From an uncultured Veillonellaceae bacterium (lineage in GTDB: Bacteria > Bacillota > Negativicutes > Selenomonadales > Selenomonadaceae), in NCBI GenBank assembly GCA_900314825.1, contig OMWS01000038.1, positions 1,200 to 65,199 of the forward strand: 64,000 bases of DNA. Direction: 5' to 3'. The position numbers and the translations under genes are program-made. The notes under the pieces are model-generated. The model worked only from the letters and a program-made list of their open reading frames with translations. It had not been told where the DNA came from and did no database searches. This document shows positions 36,186-44,593 of this stretch, in pieces. Each line of letters begins with the position of its first letter. The stretch's first letter is position 1.

Positions 36186-36419
36186 ATGGCAAACATTAAC
36201 ATGAACGAACTCACCAAAGAGCAAATCGAAAAGGCAATGGGCTGTGAGACAGCCGAGGAACTGATGGCGGTGGCGAAGGCCGAGGGAATCGAGCTGACAA
36301 AGGAGGAGGCCGAGGCGTATCTGGCGGAGCTTTCCGACTTCGAGAATAATGCGGCGGGCGGCGGAAGGCATAGACCCCATCTTTGCCCTGGCAAAAAATC
36401 GAAAAATTCCTATTTATGA
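36186..36419 (+). CDS. RiPP precursor B2; core GRHRPHLCPGKKSKNSYL
   Basis: Leader MANINMNELTKEQIEKAMGCETAEELMAVAKAEGIELTKEEAEAYLAELSDFENNAAGG. Confidence 0.8.
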   Translation: MANINMNELTKEQIEKAMGCETAEELMAVAKAEGIELTKEEAEAYLAELSDFENNAAGGGRHRPHLCPGKKSKNSYL

Positions 36420-36460
36420 TGTCATATTCGTTACAGAGCAGAAAAGGAGAGGATTTTACA

Positions 36461-36705
36461 ATGGCAAACATTAACATGAACGAACTCACCAAAGAGCAAA
36501 TCGAAAAGGCAATGGGCTGCGAGACAGCCGAGGAACTGATGGCGGGGGAATCGAGCTGACAAAGGAGGAGGCCGAGGCGTATCTGGCGGAGCTTTCCGAC
36601 TTTGAGCTGGACGAGGCCACACTGAGGAATGCGGCGGGGGGCGAAGGCTGTTACACCCAAACGTGCACCTGCAGGTTTGAGGGCAAAAAGTTCCACATAG
36701 GCTGA
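36461..36705 (+). pseudogene. RiPP precursor B3, frameshifted by a 13-nt deletion in the leader
   Basis: Identical to B2 up to ...GAACTGATGGCGG, then lacks TGGCGAAGGCCGA. This creates a stop at 36557-36559. The -1 frame continues IELTKEEAEAYLAELSDFELDEATLRNAAGG-EGCYTQTCTCRFEGKKFHIG. Confidence 0.75.
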
Positions 36706-36751
36706 TAATCGTAGCCGATGGAGAAGTACGCTTTTGGGGGATAGATAGCTT

Positions 36752-38605
36752 ATGAAGGTACAGGAACTTCCGGCCAAGGCGTTTCTTGCCCACCTGCGCC
36801 GTCATCCGCTCCCCGAGATCATGGACGAGGCATGCGATGCCGCCTTGTCTGCCGTTCTCGGGGAATATGGCGGCACCATTACTCACGGGGCGGGACTTGA
36901 GGTGCGCCTGGGGGAGGATGCGCGGTATGTTGATTTTATCATGTCCATCGACCATGATGATATTCCCCATGTTGAGGCGCTTTGGTATGAGATTGACTAT
37001 GGGGAATTCAAAAAAGCCCACGAGACGGGAACAAAGATCATGCCCTGCCTGTTTGCCAATACCGATTTCGGCAAGGACAGCAAGGAGAAATGGGATGAAT
37101 TCCTGCCGGTTTTTTTAGGCGAGGAGCGGGCTAGACGCCTGCGCCCCGCCTTTGATCGGGTGCTGGAGCATCTGCCGGAGGGGGCGTACCCCAAGCAGGT
37201 GGGCACCATGACGAGCCGGGGGGAGCTCCACATCATGCGCCTGGTGATTATATTCCCGGACTGGGATTCCATTCCCGAGGGACTTGTCGCCATTGGCTGG
37301 CAGGGGAACCCCGCAGGTCTCTGTGCTGCGTTCGAGCCATGGAGACAGACAGAACGTATCGCCGTCAATATCGACTTAGGCGAGAAGGGGGTACTGCCGA
37401 AAATCGGCATCGAGGTCTTTTCTCGCTGGCGGCATCCGCTGCTTGTGGATAAAGCCATCGCCCGTCTCGCGGATGCCGGGCTGTGCCTGCCGTCAAAAGC
37501 GGAGGCGCTTCGCCGCTGGATTCGGATTCGACCCGACGGCGACCCGTTTATCCAGACGCTGATTGCTTATTTCAAGCTGAACTACAAGGACGGTAAAATC
37601 ACCGAGGCGAAAGCGTATTTGGAGCAATCGCCCTACGTCCACCATCACTATTTTGATGCCTATGAGCGTCCCGTCTATGTGGAAATTATGGTGGCGAACC
37701 GGGAAAATACTCTTCCCATAGGCACGGCAATGAAGTGGCTCTACGAGTGCGCGGAAAACCGCATAGGCGAAGTGCGTTTTACGGGGGACGTTACGCGATA
37801 CGAACACCTTGACCGGCTGCTTAAGGAATGTAAACAAGAGAGCGACAACGAAGCAGGAAAAATCCGCGCCGTAGTGGAAATTACCAAGAGAGTATCGCCG
37901 ACGTGGCTTGAGAAGATAATCGCCGAGGGTGCGAAGGGCTTTATCGTTGATATCAACGGCGAAGCAGCAGCCGATGAATCGGCTCTTTGGACGCTGAAAA
38001 CCCTTCGTAACAAAGGAGGCAAAAATGTGCGGGCAAGATGGTTCATGCACTGCGGCAATGCCGAAAAACTGCCTCGGGTGATACGTCTTGCGGAAAAATC
38101 AGTCGTCGGGGAACTGATTATAACCGGCATGAAACCGGCGAAAAACAAAGAAATACCGACCCGCGAACAAATGCTTCAAGCGGCGGAGACGATAAAAAAG
38201 TGGCGAGAGAATCATCAAAAAACCGACGGCAACACGGAAAACAATGCCGTGCCGACGGCTTCCCCGGATGGCATGGCGCTGACGGTCGATAGCTGTTTCT
38301 CCCCGCTCCGCGCAATTTTAGCGGGCAAAGACCCGAAGAAAAACGGCAATCGCGGCATCGAGCGGGGCTGCACGGCGGGAAGGGATCATTTTTGCGTCCT
38401 GCCGTCGGGAAAAGTTACGCCCTGCCTGCATCTTGACTGCGCGGAGGACTGCGGCAGTCTTGCCGCATATTGGGACGAATCGCCCACGCTGAAAAAACTG
38501 CGCGACAATGATAACCGCGCCGAAAGTTGCAAGGCTTGCGCCTACAGGCGGCGTTGCTTGCCATGCCCTGCAATATCGGCATGTCCCGTCGGCGCGGAAG
38601 AATAA
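36752..38605 (+). CDS. fusion protein: uncharacterised five-hairpin domain (P-family) + radical-SAM-like barrel lacking CxxxCxxC + SPASM-like Cys cluster
   Basis: The N-terminal ~300 aa are collinear with the 56064, 58003 and 59127 proteins. The middle reads RPVYVEIMVANRENTL...EVRFTGD where rSAMs have CxxxCxxC...GGEP. The C-terminus is GCTAGRDHFCVLPSGKVTPCLHL...CKACAYRRRCLPC. Confidence 0.7.
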   Translation: MKVQELPAKAFLAHLRRHPLPEIMDEACDAALSAVLGEYGGTITHGAGLEVRLGEDARYVDFIMSIDHDDIPHVEALWYEIDYGEFKKAHETGTKIMPCLFANTDFGKDSKEKWDEFLPVFLGEERARRLRPAFDRVLEHLPEGAYPKQVGTMTSRGELHIMRLVIIFPDWDSIPEGLVAIGWQGNPAGLCAAFEPWRQTERIAVNIDLGEKGVLPKIGIEVFSRWRHPLLVDKAIARLADAGLCLPSKAEALRRWIRIRPDGDPFIQTLIAYFKLNYKDGKITEAKAYLEQSPYVHHHYFDAYERPVYVEIMVANRENTLPIGTAMKWLYECAENRIGEVRFTGDVTRYEHLDRLLKECKQESDNEAGKIRAVVEITKRVSPTWLEKIIAEGAKGFIVDINGEAAADESALWTLKTLRNKGGKNVRARWFMHCGNAEKLPRVIRLAEKSVVGELIITGMKPAKNKEIPTREQMLQAAETIKKWRENHQKTDGNTENNAVPTASPDGMALTVDSCFSPLRAILAGKDPKKNGNRGIERGCTAGRDHFCVLPSGKVTPCLHLDCAEDCGSLAAYWDESPTLKKLRDNDNRAESCKACAYRRRCLPCPAISACPVGAEE

Positions 38606-38625
38606 TGAAAAAGGAGAGAATTTTC

Positions 38626-38961
38626 ATGGCAAAAGAATTTACTCAGACAACCTCCGAAAGGCCGGGCGGCTGGACCGTCTGGCAGGTGACGGGGCGAATT
38701 GATGTGGCAACCTCCGATGATACCTATGCCAAGGGCGAGGAAATCGTGAAGGCCAAGGAGAAAATCGCCCTTGATATGTCGGAGCTGGAGTATTTCTCAA
38801 GCGCGGGGCTTCGCGTTATTTTGCGCCTCAACAAATTGGCCAAGAAATCCGGGCATGAGTTCACCGTCTGCGGGGCAAACGGCATGGTGAAGTCCGTTTT
38901 GGAAGACAGCGGCATGGACGTACTCTTAAAGGCGAAAGAATCGTTGGATGAGCTGTCGTGA
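38626..38961 (+). CDS. STAS-domain anti-sigma-factor antagonist (RsbV/SpoIIAA-like)
   Basis: ALDMSELEYFSSAGLRVILRLNKLAKKSGHEFTVCGANGMVKSVLEDSGM. ATG follows AAAGGAGAG. Confidence 0.8.
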   Translation: MAKEFTQTTSERPGGWTVWQVTGRIDVATSDDTYAKGEEIVKAKEKIALDMSELEYFSSAGLRVILRLNKLAKKSGHEFTVCGANGMVKSVLEDSGMDVLLKAKESLDELS

Positions 38962-38975
38962 CGTGAGGAGAAAAC

Positions 38976-39434
38976 ATGGAGCATTCCGATAATGCCGCAA
39001 ACATAAGAATTCCGGTCGGCGAGGACTGGCGGCGCTATGACGCTGAATTGGAATTTTACGAACGCATCAAGGAGGATATTCTCCAAGATGCCGAAGAGGC
39101 GGGAATGTCCCCGAAGCAGGAGTTTAAGCTGGAGCTTGGCATTGAGGAAATTGCCGTCAATATCATCAGCTACGCTTACAAAGATCCCGGCTATATGTTT
39201 ATCCGAACGAAGTCCGACGGCCGGCATTTTCGCCTTGAATTCGTCGATCACGGGGTGCCTTTCGACCCTCTGGTCCAAGCCATGAAACATGGGGAGATTC
39301 CCACCGACGACCAGGACGAAGGAGGCTACGGCATTTTCCTCGTGAAAAAGAATTTTTCTTCCGTTCTATATCGGCATGAGGAAATGTTCGGCAAAACGGC
39401 GAACCACCTCATAATGGAATTGCCCCTGTCATAA
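38976..39434 (+). CDS. anti-sigma regulatory Ser/Thr kinase (RsbW/SpoIIAB-like HATPase)
   Basis: LGIEEIAVNIISYAY...RLEFVDHGVPFDP...GGYGIFLVKK. Confidence 0.75.
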   Translation: MEHSDNAANIRIPVGEDWRRYDAELEFYERIKEDILQDAEEAGMSPKQEFKLELGIEEIAVNIISYAYKDPGYMFIRTKSDGRHFRLEFVDHGVPFDPLVQAMKHGEIPTDDQDEGGYGIFLVKKNFSSVLYRHEEMFGKTANHLIMELPLS

Positions 39435-39471
39435 AAGTTTCTGCGGGCAAACGGAAGGATTAAGGATTATC

Positions 39472-41661
39472 ATGGATAAATCGGCAAAGGGTTGGGGATT
39501 ACAAAATTTTTTTAAGAAAAGAAGATACGGCATAAGGAAACAAGTGCAACGGCTCATCTTCATCTGCAGTATCGTGGCTTTCTTCACGGTGAGCGTCATT
39601 GCCTTGGCCGGAATGTTTACGGCACGGCAAAACTCCATAACGGACGGCAACCAAATGGGCGAACTCGCCGCCGGGATTGCCGCCGACAAATTGAAAAATG
39701 CAGAAGAGCGGCGTCTTGCGCTCTTGACTCGCGAACAGACCAAGGAAATTCACTTGCAACTTCAGCGAATCGAAGATCGCGTGATGCTTTTGTCCGGCTG
39801 GGTGAGTTATATACTGGACAATCCCCATGAGTATTCGCCGCAACCTATTTCTTTCCCCCGGGCGGAAAATGTCGGCACAATTACGGCACAACTTGAACTT
39901 GCCCCCGATGCCGATTATGGCAAGCTGAAGGATTCCATAGAACTTGCCGCCAACGCCCAGACGTTAATGGTTCGTTTGTCGGACATCACCGGCGAGGGAA
40001 CGGTTGTCGCCCTCGGCTCCGAGGAAGGATTTTACTTTTCCGCCGACGATGAATCGGACAAGCATCTTACGGCCGACGGTCGGCCGATACTTTATGACGC
40101 AAGAACCAGACCTTGGTACAAAACGGCCAAAGCGGCGGGGACGTTGGTGTTTACCGGCGTGTACAACGATATGTACAGCGGCAAATTGCGCTTAGGTTGC
40201 GCCATGCCCTACTACAAAAACGGCGAATTCGGCGGGGTGGCGGATATTGCCTTCTACTTGGAAGAAATTGGTGAAGCTGTTTTACATTCCGAAACCGACA
40301 CTTGCTTCGTCGTTGACGACAGCGGGCGGCTGCTTTTCCTTAAGGACGATACCGGCATCTTTTCCGATATTACAATCGGGCAAACAAATATGCTCGATTT
40401 CGACAATAACGAATTAACCGACATTGTAAAGGCGATGATTGCCAAAGAGGACGGCATAAAATCCGTTTCCATTGACGGCAAGGACTACATCATCGCTTTT
40501 TCGCCCATTCCCGAAGTCGGCTGGAGTTTTGCCGCCGCCCTTGATGCTGCGGAAATTGTCAATACCCAAGAAACGGCGCGGCAGGAAGTTTTGGCCATCG
40601 CCAAAAAAAATGTTGACGATATGGACACTTTTATATCGCGCTTAATCGTTTTAATGATTATCGCGATTGTCATTTCCGTGTGGGCGCTTCGTAAAATCGG
40701 CTATGGCTTGGGCGGTCGCTTTGCCGAGCCGATTTTGGAACTGTCGGACGGCGTTCGCGAAATTGCCAGCGGCAACCTTGACAAGAAGCTTGATATAACA
40801 ACGGGCGACGAGATAGAGTATTTGGCGGTCTGCTTCAACGCCATGACGGACGAGCTGAAAGCATATATCGACAATTTGTCGCGGGTGACGGCGGAAAAGG
40901 AACGGGCGGCCGCCGAAATTTCCGTTGCCCACAACATTCAGGTGGGGGCGTTGCCGCAGGATTTTTTGACGGATCGCAAAGAATTTGAAATCTATGCGAC
41001 CATGGATGCCGCCAAGGGAGTGGGCGGTGATTTTTACGACTTTTACATGACGGACGAAAATCATCTCGCGGTGACCATCGCCGATGTGTCGGGCAAAGGC
41101 GTACCGGCGGCTCTCTACATGATGCGCGCCAAAACGACGCTTAAAAATCTTGTGACAATGGCAAATAATCCCGACGACTTTGCCGCCGTTATGACGCTGG
41201 CAAACCAAGAGCTGTGCCGGGAGAACGAGACGATGATGTTTGTCACGGTCTTTTTCGCCCAGCTTGATTTGACAACCGGCGAGCTTATCTACGTAAATGC
41301 CGGACACAATCCACCGGTTTTAAGTGAAAACGGCAACTTCCGCTATCTGACCCAAAAGAAGAAGCACATGATGCTCGGCGTGAACGAGGATGCTATGTAC
41401 GAGGCGCACCGCCTTACCATCTCCCCCGGCGATATGCTCTTTCTCTACACGGACGGCGTGACGGAGGCTATGGACAGCGACAAGAACCTTTATTCGGAGG
41501 ATCGGCTGGAAAAAACAATAAACAACGTGGGCGTCAGCCTTTCCGTGCAGGAAATCCTCGCCAATGTGCGAAAGGATATAGATGCTCACGCAAATGGTGC
41601 GGAGCAATCTGACGACATCACCATGCTGGGCGTGAAATTTTTTGGTAAAACAAATGTTTAA
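39472..41661 (+). CDS. membrane sensor PP2C phosphatase (Cache-like + HAMP + SpoIIE/RsbU domain)
   Basis: N-terminal TM segment; ~300-aa extracytoplasmic region; second TM segment; HAMP (AEPILELSDGVREIASGNLDKKLD..GDEIEYLAVCFNAMT); PP2C GGDFYDFYM...ADVSGKGVPAALYM...DDITMLGVKF. Confidence 0.8.
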   Translation: MDKSAKGWGLQNFFKKRRYGIRKQVQRLIFICSIVAFFTVSVIALAGMFTARQNSITDGNQMGELAAGIAADKLKNAEERRLALLTREQTKEIHLQLQRIEDRVMLLSGWVSYILDNPHEYSPQPISFPRAENVGTITAQLELAPDADYGKLKDSIELAANAQTLMVRLSDITGEGTVVALGSEEGFYFSADDESDKHLTADGRPILYDARTRPWYKTAKAAGTLVFTGVYNDMYSGKLRLGCAMPYYKNGEFGGVADIAFYLEEIGEAVLHSETDTCFVVDDSGRLLFLKDDTGIFSDITIGQTNMLDFDNNELTDIVKAMIAKEDGIKSVSIDGKDYIIAFSPIPEVGWSFAAALDAAEIVNTQETARQEVLAIAKKNVDDMDTFISRLIVLMIIAIVISVWALRKIGYGLGGRFAEPILELSDGVREIASGNLDKKLDITTGDEIEYLAVCFNAMTDELKAYIDNLSRVTAEKERAAAEISVAHNIQVGALPQDFLTDRKEFEIYATMDAAKGVGGDFYDFYMTDENHLAVTIADVSGKGVPAALYMMRAKTTLKNLVTMANNPDDFAAVMTLANQELCRENETMMFVTVFFAQLDLTTGELIYVNAGHNPPVLSENGNFRYLTQKKKHMMLGVNEDAMYEAHRLTISPGDMLFLYTDGVTEAMDSDKNLYSEDRLEKTINNVGVSLSVQEILANVRKDIDAHANGAEQSDDITMLGVKFFGKTNV

Positions 41662-41675
41662 GGAGTGCTGTAGCA

Positions 41676-42515
41676 ATGAAATTGAACATCAAAAAGAAAC
41701 TGATTGCGGCTTCCCTTGCCGGTATGACAGCGTTTGGCGCGGGAGCATACGCTTCTCACGCTGATGCCGCCAAAGCAGATCGCGAATGCATAGCGCAAGT
41801 CGCGCTTCTGCAATCTTTGGCGCAGGGCTATTTCGGCGGCACGATTACCGCCGGGGAACTTCGCACCATGGGCGATACGGGCATCGGCACCTTTGAGGGC
41901 TTGAACGGCGAGATGATTGTTTTGGACGGCAAGGTGTATCAGGCGTTTGGCGACGGGCGTGTGGCAGTTTGCCCCGACAATACGATTATCCCTTTTGCCA
42001 ACGTGACGTTTTTCGACAAGGATATTGCCGTCAAGCTAAACAACATCAAGGACAAAGCGGCCTTGGAAGCGGCGCTGAATGCGGCTGTCCAAGAACACGG
42101 GGTCAACAGCTTTTACATGGTGAAACTGCCCGCCGAATTTTCCTCCATCCTGTTCCGCAGTGAATACGGCAGTCACGAGCCTTATCCTACTTTGGTGGAC
42201 GCGCTGAAGGAAAAGCAAACGGAATTTACCGAGAAAAATATCAAAGGAACTTTGGTGGGGCTGTACTGCCCGAACTATATGGGAGAACTAAACTCCGTCG
42301 GCTGGCACTTTCACTTCATCTCGGAGGACAAAAAGAAAGGCGGGCATATTTTGGAGCTTTCCCTGAAAGACGGCACGGCATATCTCGACCAAACGGACAA
42401 ATTCACCGTGATGCTGCATGATGAAAAAAAATTCCATGAACTAAACCTTGCCAAGGATATGCGAGCCGACATAAGAAGCGCGGAGCAGGATACCAAAGGA
42501 AAGCTCGCAAAGTGA
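41676..42515 (+). CDS. budA: alpha-acetolactate decarboxylase with N-terminal signal peptide
   Basis: LLQSLAQGYFGGTITAGELRTMGDTGIGTFEGLNGEMIVLDGKVYQ...GWHFHFISEDKKKGGHILE, preceded by MKLNIKKKLIAASLAGMTAFGAGAYASHADA. Confidence 0.8.
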   Translation: MKLNIKKKLIAASLAGMTAFGAGAYASHADAAKADRECIAQVALLQSLAQGYFGGTITAGELRTMGDTGIGTFEGLNGEMIVLDGKVYQAFGDGRVAVCPDNTIIPFANVTFFDKDIAVKLNNIKDKAALEAALNAAVQEHGVNSFYMVKLPAEFSSILFRSEYGSHEPYPTLVDALKEKQTEFTEKNIKGTLVGLYCPNYMGELNSVGWHFHFISEDKKKGGHILELSLKDGTAYLDQTDKFTVMLHDEKKFHELNLAKDMRADIRSAEQDTKGKLAK

Positions 42516-42528
42516 AACAATCGGGGAA

Positions 42529-44013
42529 ATGATGACGATGAAAAAGAATTTTCCCATTTCCGTTTCCCGTCGCGATTTTGTGAAACTCACGGGACTTGCG
42601 GCGGTGGGATTGGTTATGGACAACGGCAATTTGCCGAAAGCTGAGGCAAAGACATCTGATATGGCATACGGGGAGAAGAAACTCCCCGTACTCTATGATG
42701 TCGATGTTTGCGTGGTAGGCGGTGGGCCGTCCGGCACTGCGGCAGCCGTGAACGCGGCAAAAAAAGGCGCAAAAACCGTTTTGGTAGAGCGCGGGGTTGC
42801 CTTAGGTGGACTGGCGATTTTGGGTTGCGTCTATCCGTTTATGGATACCCATGCGCCGGACAGCGATACGCCTTATGTGGCTGAGGTGAAAGCACGTTTA
42901 AGAAAGCATGGGATTGAGCCGTATGACGGTGTGACGCAGCAAACGTGGCATAATCCCGAAACGCTTGCCCTTATCTATGATGAAATGTGCGCCGAGGCAA
43001 ATGTGGAAATTCTCTATCAAACCGTCTTGGTGGACACGATAAAGACATAAGGAAAAATCACGGCGGCTGTCGTGCAGACCATCGCCGGCCTCTGCGCCAT
43101 AAAAGCCAAGACATTTGTGGACGCTACAGGGGATGCCTATCTTGCCCGCTCGGCAGGCGCTCATTATGAGTGCGGTTACGAAAAGACGGGGAACAATCAG
43201 CCGTTGTCCTTCCGCTTTGAAATGGGCGGCATTGACATAGACAGGCTTTATCGGCACGTTGCCATAGAGCTTAACGAGGACTGGTGCAAGTCCAAGCCGC
43301 CTTATTTTGAAATTGCCGAAGCCATGCACAGAAAACAGCGCTACAAGTTGGAAGAACTTATGGCGCAGGGTGTGGCAAGCGGGGAACTGACGCAGGAAGA
43401 AGCGGAATACATGCAGGGCTATACCATCATCGGCAAAAATGGTGTCATGAGCATGAACTGCCCGGAAATACCCGTGCGCTTTTCCGCCACAGACCCTGTT
43501 TCCTACAGCAAGGCCGTCACCTTCGGGCGGAGAATGATGCACAATATCGCCGATTATTTGGTGCGTCATTTGCCGGGATTTGAAAACGCCTTTATCAGCC
43601 GCGAGGCCGCCATGCTGGGAGCCAGAGAGTCATGGCGCATCAAGGGCAAGTATTATTTGGTGGAGGACGACTATCACAATCAAAGCCGTTTTTCCGATGC
43701 CGTTTGCCGCACGGCATGGTTCATTGATGCACACGGCGAAAAAGTATCGGAGAAACTTCCCAAGGGCGGTTTCTATGAAATTCCCTATCGTTCCTTGGTA
43801 ACGGACGAGATTAAAAATCTTATCGTGGCAGGACGCTCTATAAGCGCCAGCTTTATCCTACAAGCATCCATGCGCATCCAGCCGACGTGCATGAGCATCG
43901 GCGAAGCGGCGGGCATTGCGGCGGCATGGGGCATAGCGCATAACATAAATCCCAACGACATAAAGTGGGAGAAATTGCCGCAAAATGAGCGAAGCTATGT
44001 AAGCGCGGGGTAA
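42529..44013 (+). pseudogene. Tat-signal FAD-dependent oxidoreductase interrupted by an in-frame TAA
   Basis: SRRDFVKLTGLAAVG (twin-arginine) and DVCVVGGGPSGTAAA (GxGxxG). TAA at 43048-43050. The same frame resumes ...GKITAAVVQTIAGLCAIKAKTFVDATGDAYLA. Confidence 0.7.
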
Positions 44014-44038
44014 ATTTCGGCAAGCAAGGATACGATAT

Positions 44039-44277
44039 ATTGTGGTTGGTTTGGTTTCCCCGGTCTTTCGGGAGGCTGCTGAAAAAGTCCCCTGTGTCCA
44101 TTCTTGCGAGACACAACAATTTTACACCACAAGATATTCACTTATAATCTGAGTTATCGGTCAATATCTTGTATGTATTTTCCTGAAAAAACTTCAGAAA
44201 ATGTAGTGTCCACTGTACAAGGGGTTTTTCAGCAGCTTCTCTTTCGGGAGGGGATGTCAAACCAACCACAAAACAAT
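44039..44277. mobile_element. MITE-like element with ~60-bp imperfect terminal inverted repeats
   Basis: Left arm: ATTGTGGTTGGTTTGG...GCTGCTGAAAAAGTCCCCTGTGTCCA. Right arm: TGTCCACTGTACAAGGGGTTTTTCAGCAGC...CAAACCAACCACAAAACAAT. No ORF inside. Confidence 0.5.
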
Positions 44278-44299
44278 TGCCGTTTACTGTAAATTGTTT

Positions 44300-44399
44300 G
44301 GGTCAATCACAAAACCTGTGGGATTCGAATAGCTTAGACGAATAATTCATGTTGTCAAAAAAGAGGACATCCGCTAAGATGTGGAAATGCATCTAGCCT
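44300..44399 (+). repeat. 100-bp direct repeat, copy 1
   Basis: Identical over 100/100 nt to 62217-62316. The flanking bases differ on both sides. Confidence 0.95.
44352..44380 (+). promoter_or_regulatory. sigma70-like promoter inside the direct repeat
   Basis: TTGTCA, 17 nt, TAAGAT. It faces the export operon. The same motif recurs at 62269-62297. Confidence 0.5.
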
Positions 44400-44593
44400 G
44401 AGCAATTATGCAGGATTTTTATAGATTTTGAGCGAAATATAAGACAAAGTAATAGATATTATGCGATTTTAGGTCAGGTTCAACTCAATAGTTCAAGCAC
44501 AAACAGGGTTCCAATAGTGGGGAATAAAGCGTGCCCTCTTCCCCACATGTACTCGGGTGGTGTATGACATTTGGGAAATGTGAGGGAGACTGT

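Noticed and set aside
35813-36394. Minus-strand ORFs across the precursor genes (35813..36394, 36211..36777, 33257..33766).
   Set aside because: They are antisense images of the repeated leader sequences, with no independent signals.
33005-36640. Regularly spaced ~170-nt near-identical repeats that could suggest a repeat array or CRISPR.
   Set aside because: The repeat units are far longer than CRISPR repeats and each has its own RBS and ATG. They encode the conserved leader of tandem precursor genes, and the 'spacers' are the core-peptide coding regions.
43048-43050. In-frame TAA in the FAD oxidoreductase, and TGA at 62536 in the SYLF remnant, as recoding or selenocysteine sites.
   Set aside because: TAA is not a Sec codon. 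The TGA lies in an already frameshifted, truncated gene and no SECIS-like hairpin is evident. Plain nonsense mutations (or sequencing errors) are the simpler reading.
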